Of a stretch of 64,000 nucleotides of DNA, positions 62,879 to 64,000 are shown piece by piece. The stretch is from Octopus sinensis (lineage: Eukaryota). The stretch spans positions 17,484,001-17,548,000 of the forward strand of contig NC_043021.1 of assembly GCF_006345805.1 (NCBI RefSeq), read 5' to 3'. The notes beneath the pieces were generated by a model. The model was given only the letters and a program-made list of their open reading frames with translations. It did no database searches and was not told the DNA's origin. Positions within the stretch are counted from its first letter, which is position 1, and each line of letters starts with the position of its first letter. The translations under genes were made by a program, and so were the position numbers.

Positions 62879-62979
62879 GTTTTGTTGAATTTTCTGCTGC
62901 TTTAAATAAAGCATATTACTCTACCACTGGTATTTGAGTACTCTTTTTTCCACCTTGTTTCACATTATGTGTTTACTCC

Positions 62980-63060
<81 letters not shown>

Positions 63061-63369
63061 TATATATATACACACACACACATATATATATATATATGTG
63101 CATAATACACAAATACGTAGATAGACGTAGATGCATACACACACGCACGCACACACATTTATATATACATCCATCCATCCACTCTTACATACACACAGAC
63201 GTTCATACATTATAAATACAGACGCGCGCGCGCGCGTAAAAGAATTCCACTCTTTGATAAATGAGATGAACTTCCGGTCTTTGATGAACATCAGTTTTTG
63301 ATATTTGAAAATATTTCGCTACTTTTTGTTTGTTTGTTTTATGCAGTTGTATATTTTAATTTATTTATT

Positions 63370-63437
63370 TTGTTCTATTTATTATTTATTATTATTATTT
63401 TTATTATTATTATTAATATTATTATTATTATTATTAA

Positions 63438-63491
<54 letters not shown>

Positions 63492-63720
63492 TATTATTAT
63501 TATTTTATTATTATTATGACTATTATTATTATTATTATCACTATTATTATTATCTATCATTATATTATTATTATTATTATATTATTATTATTATTTTATT
63601 ATTATTATTTTATTATCCTATTATTAATATTATTATTATTATTATTTTATTATTATTATTATTATTATTTTTATTTTTATTATTATTATTTTTTTATTAT
63701 TATTATTATTATTATTCATT
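63370..63720. repeat. (TTA)n microsatellite
   Basis: Direct repeats; source of the poly-I/L/Y ORFs. Confidence 0.95.
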
Positions 63721-64000
63721 TATCTATTTATTTATTTCATTTATTTTTTTTTTAATATTCGTTGGGTCTTGTTAACTTTCTTCCGACCACTTGAAGTTTT
63801 TCAACTTTTCACCGGATTCTTTTCAGAAAACATGGCTGGGCTGTAGCTTTGCCCGTTGCTGAAAACTGCATTCAATTCTTCTTTTTTTTTTCTGATTTTC
63901 TTTTTTCTTAAGAATTAATAATGCTTTTGAAGTTGTGGCACACGGCCGGCAATTTCGGAGGAGGGGGTAAGTCGATTACACCAACCCCCAAAGTATCAAC

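Larger units (their letters stand above)
62724..62960. mobile_element. Fold-back element: ~86 bp inverted arms (62724-62808, 62825-62911), each carrying a hammerhead
   Basis: Near-perfect inverted repeat with a 16-nt loop; unique extension on the right. Confidence 0.75.

Noticed and set aside
6-63775. Numerous long ORFs (e.g. 9840-11198, 452 aa; 25635-27215, 526 aa; poly-Y/I/M/D/H ORFs)
   Set aside because: They are translations of microsatellites and pyrimidine tracts that lack stops by composition; no domain signal and no true ATG start.

Overview
This is repeat-saturated, AT-rich eukaryotic DNA with no recognisable host protein-coding exon, probably intronic or intergenic. The repeat families resemble those of octopus (coleoid cephalopod) genomes; this is inference. 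Almost all ORFs in the supplied track are microsatellite translation artefacts. The window holds at least five tRNA-derived SINE families (my labels A-E), decayed LINE remnants (RTE, CR1, R4/Dong-type, L1/Tx1-like ORF1), a mariner remnant, a GGATC-terminal MITE family with 8-9 bp TSDs, a hAT-like MITE, and three Penelope-like element (PLE) remnants. Many are nested and have readable TSDs. Main result: folding by eye finds 14 minimal type-I hammerhead ribozyme motifs in six unrelated sequence families. Each has a palindromic helix III (dimer type). Between them they show three Watson-Crick forms of the 3-8 core pair (C-G, U-A, G-C) and a recurrent U4C change. One family sits in the body of a tRNA-headed SINE (family E). 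Family E forms PLE-style inverted arrays and abuts a Naiad-like PLE endonuclease, making it a candidate Pol III, ribozyme-bearing SINE mobilised by a PLE. Ribozyme activity and mobilisation are inferred, not shown. Boundaries without a stated TSD are approximate.
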